Shown: positions 21,184 through 25,687 of the stretch, piece after piece
How positions within the stretch are numbered: position 1 is the first letter of the stretch
Layout: every line of letters begins with the position of its first letter
Source of the DNA: Deinococcus radiodurans R1 = ATCC 13939 = DSM 20539
Lineage (GTDB): Bacteria > Deinococcota > Deinococci > Deinococcales > Deinococcaceae
Length of the DNA: 25,687 nucleotides
Assembly (NCBI RefSeq): GCF_000008565.1
Contig: NC_001263.1
Span: 1,427,607 to 1,453,293 of the forward strand
Direction of reading: 5' to 3'
The notes under the pieces: generated by a model
What the model was told of the DNA's origin: nothing
The model's database searches: none
What the model saw: the letters and a program-made list of their open reading frames with translations, nothing else
Position numbers and translations under genes: made by a program

Positions 21184-21836
21184 CCGCACAGACGACCCCC
21201 GAACGTCGCCCCGATCACCTGACGCTCGCGCTGCCCAAAGGCCGCATCATGGACGACGCCATCGCGCTGCTCTCGCAAGCAGGGCTGCCGCTGACCCGCC
21301 CCGAAGCGAGCCGTGCCCTGCGCCACGAGTTTCCCGGCGTGACGGTGCTGGAGCTGCGGAATCAGGACGTGCCGGTGTACGTGGACCTCGGCGTGGCCGA
21401 CGCGGGCATCGTCGGCAAGGACGTGCTGCTCGAAGCCGGGCGCCCGGTATACGAGCCGGTGGACCTGCACTTCGCCGAGTGCCGCCTGTCGCTGATTCGT
21501 GAAATCGGGGCCAGCGGGCCGATTGCCCGGGTGGGCACCAAGTACCCGCGCGCCGCCCGCGCCTATTTGCAGGAGCGCGGCATTCCCGCCGAGGTGGTCA
21601 AGCTCAGCGGCAACATCGAACTCGCCGCGCTGACCGGGCTAGCCGACGCCGTGATCGACCTCGTGCAGACTGGAAGCACCCTCCGCGCCAACCACCTCGA
21701 AGAAGTGGACGTGCTCTTTCACTCATCAGCCCGCCTGATCGTCAACCGCACCGCCCTCAAGCTGCGGCGCGAGCGACTGCGCCCGCTGATCGCCCGACTG
21801 CGCGAATTGACGGCGCCGGCAGGGGAAGAAAGTTAA
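21180..21836 (+). CDS. hisG: ATP phosphoribosyltransferase, short form
   Basis: [37 protein letters not shown] and [14 protein letters not shown] are present. At ~218 aa it is a HisZ-dependent short form. Confidence 0.9.
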   Translation: MTAQTTPERRPDHLTLALPKGRIMDDAIALLSQAGLPLTRPEASRALRHEFPGVTVLELRNQDVPVYVDLGVADAGIVGKDVLLEAGRPVYEPVDLHFAECRLSLIREIGASGPIARVGTKYPRAARAYLQERGIPAEVVKLSGNIELAALTGLADAVIDLVQTGSTLRANHLEEVDVLFHSSARLIVNRTALKLRRERLRPLIARLRELTAPAGEES

Positions 21837-21844
21837 GTAGGACG

Positions 21845-21875
21845 GGGGCAGTCATGGTGCTGCCCCTGATTCTTT
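21845..21875 (+). terminator. weak hairpin terminator between convergent hisG and the lipoprotein gene
   Basis: GGGGCAG-tcatggtg-CTGCCCC (21845-21866) is followed by TGATTCTTT. The T-tract is poor. Confidence 0.4.
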
Positions 21876-22302
21876 AGCGCACGCTGACAGTCTCGTCGCG
21901 TAGCAGATAACTGCGGCCCTGGGCATCGCGCAATCCCACGACCACCTGCACGGCGCCGCGTTGCAGGCCACGGGCAGGGCCGGTCACGTCGGTGGTCAGG
22001 CAGCCTTTGCCGCAGCCCTGGGCCGCCGCGCGTCCGACAGCGGTGCTCCAGACGCCATCGCGGGTCACCACGTAGAGGTCAGTGACCTTCACGGCGGGAA
22101 GCTGCTGGGCACGCGGCGTTTGCAGAGTCAGGCGCACGCGGAACACGTCGCCGTCCACTCGGGGAGCGGCCTGGGCGGTCAGGGCGCGGCCTGTCATGTT
22201 CAGGGTGGTCGGTGCCCCGAGCAGTTGCCCCGTCGTGGGTGCGGTCTCCAGAGAGCCGCACGCCACCAGCAGCGCAGACAACAGAGGGAACAGACGCTTC
22301 AT
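21874..22302 (-). CDS. hypothetical lipoprotein
   Basis: MKRLFPLLSALLVAC has a lipobox (LVAC) after a short hydrophobic segment. TATAAT (22314-22309) lies 6 nt upstream of the ATG. GC3 is high. No recognisable domain. Confidence 0.65.
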   Translation of the reverse strand: MKRLFPLLSALLVACGSLETAPTTGQLLGAPTTLNMTGRALTAQAAPRVDGDVFRVRLTLQTPRAQQLPAVKVTDLYVVTRDGVWSTAVGRAAAQGCGKGCLTTDVTGPARGLQRGAVQVVVGLRDAQGRSYLLRDETVSVR

Positions 22303-22327
22303 GAATCCATTATACGGCGCGGGTCTG

Positions 22328-22354
22328 ACAAAAACCCGCCCCCCGGAAGGGGCG
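22328..22354 (-). terminator. rho-independent terminator after the large surface-protein gene
   Basis: The minus strand reads CGCCCC-ttccgg-GGGGCG followed by GGTTTTTG (plus-strand A-run 22330-22334). Confidence 0.6.
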
Positions 22355-22411
22355 AGCCTTGAAGACAGGGAATTGTCAGGACTGCTGACCAGCCCAAGTG
22401 ACCAGCCCGAT

Positions 22412-25074
22412 TTACCAGCTCAGTTCCGGCGCGGTGACCACGCGGTCGGCGGGCGCGTCGGTGAAGAGGGTGTAGCTCAGGCGGTAGGTGCCGGTGTTTA
22501 CGCGGCCCAGCACGATGGCTTCGCCGTCGGTGGAGGCGCCCACGGTGGTGCCGCCGCTCACGCTCAGGGCGCTGCGGACGCCGGGGTTGGTGCCCTGGGG
22601 CAGCGGGTCGATGATGCGCAGGTTATCGATGGTGCCGTTGACCGTCAGAACCATGCTCACGGTGTAGCCGTTGGCGTTGGCCTCGACCGTCTTGGTCAGC
22701 GCGGCCTGGGCGCCGTTTTCGACCACGCGGCTGGCGTTGGCTCCGCCGGGAGCGCGCACAGTCGCCTGACCGCTGGTGGTCAGGCCGGTGGGGTCGAGCA
22801 CGGCCTGAGCCACGTCGCTGCGGCAGATGCGCACCGGGGCCTTGAGGCGCAGGGGCTGACCGCCGCCGAAATCACCCGAGAGTTGCAGCGGGTAATCGGT
22901 GCTCCAGCCGCTTGGCAGGTTCACGCGCACGTTGGCGGGGAGGCGGTAGGGGAAGTTGGTCTTCGCCACCACCGAGAGCTGAGACACGTCGCAGGCGGCG
23001 AGCAGGTCAGGCGCCACGCTCAGCGAGAGCGAGGTCAGCACGCGGTATTCGATGGTCACGCGCCCGGTCTGTCCGTCCACCACGTGGCCCGGCTGCGGCG
23101 TGGTGAAGGTGCTGTCGGGAATGGCGGTCGGCGTCACCGGGTAGTCGCCGGGGTTCAGCGGAATGGTGGTCGGCGTGTTGAGCGTCTGGCCGTTCACCTG
23201 GAAAGGAATGCCGTTGAGCGGAATGCGGCGGTCCCCGAAAATCGCGACCGCGTCCACCGCGAGGCCGCCTTCGGGCTGACGCGCCACGAAGCGGATGCGG
23301 GTGTCGCCGGGCTGGAACTGCACTTCGGTGGGGCTGGGCGTGGTGCCCTGGCCTTCGAGGATGGTCGAGCTGACCGGCACCCAGCCCTGCGGCAGCGTGG
23401 GACGCACGACATTGCCCTGCACGGTGAAGTTCGCGCCGGGAATCGGGGTGCCCTGCGGGTCCACCACGTCCACCGCGAGGCGCTGGAGGCGGGCCACGAA
23501 GCGAATGGTCGTGTCCTCGTTCGGCTGGTAGCGCACTTCGGTGGGCGAGCCGACGGTGCCGCGCCCTTCGAGCAGGTTCGCACTCACCGGCACGTAGCTG
23601 CCGGGCAGGCGGGGCGTGGCGACGCCGTTCTGCGCGGTGTAGTCGGCGCCCGCAATCGGACGGCCTTCGGTGTCCACCACCGTCACGGTCAGGCGCGGCT
23701 GGCGGGCCACGCAGCGGATGCGGGTATCACCCGGCTGGTAGCGCACTTCGGTAGGCGACACGACGGTGCCCTTGCCTTCCAGAATGGTGCAGCTCACCGG
23801 CACGTAGCCCTGCGGCAGCACCGGACGGGCGACGCCGCCCTCGGCCGTCGAGCTCGCGCCGGGAATCGGGTTGCCCTGCGGGTCCACCACGTCCACGAGC
23901 ACGTTGGGGCGGCGGGCGACGAAACGCACGCGGTTGTTGCCGGGCTGGAAGCGGACTTCAGTGGGCGACACCACGTTGCCCTTGCCCTCGACGAGCGAGG
24001 AGCTGACGGGGGTGTAGCCTGCGGCAGCGAGGGCTTGACAGTGTTTTCCCCGACCAGCACGTAGCTCGACCCCGGAATGGGGTTGCCCTGGGTGTCCACC
24101 ACGTCCACGACCAGCCGGGTGGCGATCAAGGTGTCCTTGGGCGTCTCGAAGCCGCCGACCCGGGCCTGGGTGGGCTGGTCGCCGATGCGGAAAGAGTAGC
24201 GAATCGCGTTGGAGTACTGCTTGGTGGTGGGCAGCACGCGGATGTAGACCTGCCACTCGCCCACCTGCTGCGGGGTGACGGTAAAGCGGTTGGTGGCCGA
24301 CTTGCCGTTTTCCGAGGTGGTCAGGTTGGCGCGCACGTTGCCGGGCAGCACGATCCACGACTCGGCCTCCTGCGGGCCGTCGATGTCGTAGTTGATGACG
24401 CTGACCGTCTTGCCCACCCACTCGGCGGGAATGCTCAGGCGCGCGGCGAGCAGCGGGGCCTTTTCGGTATCGCGGGCGTTGACGCTGAAGTCGCTCGTTT
24501 CGAGCGCAAAGGGCGCCGACACCCGCAGAGCGAAGGAGTTCTTGCCGTTGCCCCGGCTCGTCACCTTGAGGGTGTAGGTGCCCGCCGGCAACCCGCCCGC
24601 AAAGAGGCTGTCCCAGGTGTGCTCGCGGTTGGTGCCGTACTGGCGGCTGACCACCGTGCCGCCGGGGCCGGTCAGGACGAAGCTCGTCTCGAAGGTCTTT
24701 TCCTTGCTGTAGATTTCGTCGCCGAAATAGTTGGGGCCGCGCTTGGAGCTGCCGGTGAAGTCGGCGTAGTCGGCGAGGTTGAGCGTGGGGCTGAACACTT
24801 CCAGGCCCAGCGGCTTGCCCGCGTTGGCCGGGGTTACCACGATGTTGTACGACTCCTGCGCCTGCGGCCAGGTCTGCCCCACCGACACCAGCGGCAGAAT
24901 GCCCCCGGTGGTGCTCTGCCCGGCGGGCTGGGTGGCGGACTGCGGCTGGGCCAGGGCGGCGCCCCCCGAGAGCAGCGCGAGCAGCAGCGTGGCGCGGGAC
25001 AGAACGTGGCGGTTGTGGGCCTGACGGGACCGGGCCTGATGGGAGCGGGAAGAAGGCAAGGTGTTCACTGCCAA
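22412..25074 (-). pseudogene. secreted multi-domain surface protein (~887 aa if repaired) with tandem beta-sandwich-type repeats; 1-nt frameshift at ~24018-24019
   Basis: The N-terminal part is in ORF 25074-23794: signal-like LLLALLSGGAALAQP, then two ~130-aa domains. The C-terminal part is in ORF 25150-22412. The frames join at ..VKPSLPQ | (G)YTPVSSSLVEGKG. The paralogous repeat units read CTGCCGCAGGGCTAC where this unit reads CTGCCGCAGGCTAC. The C-terminus has DUF11-like modules (TKTVEANANGYTVSMVLTVNGTIDNLRIIDPLPQG). The start is TTG 25074 or GTG 25068. Confidence 0.8.
23263..24114 (-). repeat. four tandem 210-217-nt coding repeats (~70 aa units) inside the surface-protein gene
   Basis: Units run approximately 24114-23903, 23902-23693, 23692-23480 and 23479-23263. 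Each encodes L.VDVVD.QG.PIPGA...LPQGYVPVS..ILEGKGT..SPTEVR.QPGDTRIRFVAR.P. The plus strand shows GTCCACCACGTCCAC at 23459, 23882 and 24094, and GTCCACCACCGTCAC at 23672. A degenerate fifth unit follows (LAVDAVAIFGDRRIPLNG..). Confidence 0.85.
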
Positions 25075-25174
25075 AAATCATACACTGCACACTTGCCGTC
25101 GCCGGGACGAACACCCTGTGGCGGCTGTCATCAAAGCTTTTTGTCGGCACACTGTTTTTTGCGTTTTTGCGGAT

Positions 25175-25687
<513 letters not shown>

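Noticed and set aside
23263-24114. Regularly spaced DNA repeats that could be mistaken for a CRISPR-like or satellite array.
   Set aside because: The period is ~210 nt, the units are in frame and they encode a conserved protein repeat. There is no short repeat/spacer structure.
24115-25150. The N-terminal ~345 aa of the 912-aa ORF 22412-25150 (MPTKSFDDSRHRVF..., Arg/Pro/Gly-rich).
   Set aside because: This is the wrong frame upstream of the frameshift. The overlapping frame (25074-23794) encodes a signal peptide and well-behaved beta-rich domains that continue the repeat series.

Overview
This is a high-GC bacterial chromosomal segment that looks Deinococcus-like. It has a strong GC3 bias, long antisense shadow ORFs, palindromic small non-coding repeats in intergenic DNA, and many TANNNT -10 boxes 6-8 nt from start codons. 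Content is mostly housekeeping and envelope or transport genes. In order: trpC (3' part), lepB, a thiolase, a small membrane protein, an MBL-fold hydrolase, purD, a small acidic ORF, metG, and rapZ-yvcK. These are followed by a three-gene trehalose/maltose-type sugar ABC importer on the minus strand (no ATPase gene) and a P1B-4 heavy-metal P-type ATPase (frameshifted) co-oriented with a CXXCH haem-binding protein. After those come a DUF456 membrane protein, a secreted CAP/SCP protein, an HD-domain hydrolase, hisZ-hisG, a lipoprotein, an ~887-aa secreted tandem-repeat surface protein (frameshifted) and a partial LrgB-family gene. I see no rRNA, tRNA, CRISPR array, transposase, integrase, or recognisable defence or toxin-antitoxin genes, so I cannot point to a canonical novel system. 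Seven things seem most worth a second look. (1) A 187-bp MITE-like palindromic repeat with a truncated second copy. (2) An attenuator-like leader upstream of metG, with a leaderless 15-codon mini-ORF, alternative hairpins and a terminator. (3) A ~320-bp lower-GC non-coding spacer just upstream of rapZ. (4) A membrane-anchored YvcK. (5) The metal pump / haem-protein module with a good promoter and a Fur-like 7-1-7 palindrome. (6) Two single-base frameshifts in large genes. (7) The repeat-rich surface protein. All functional calls come from reading motifs in the translations. No database search was run.
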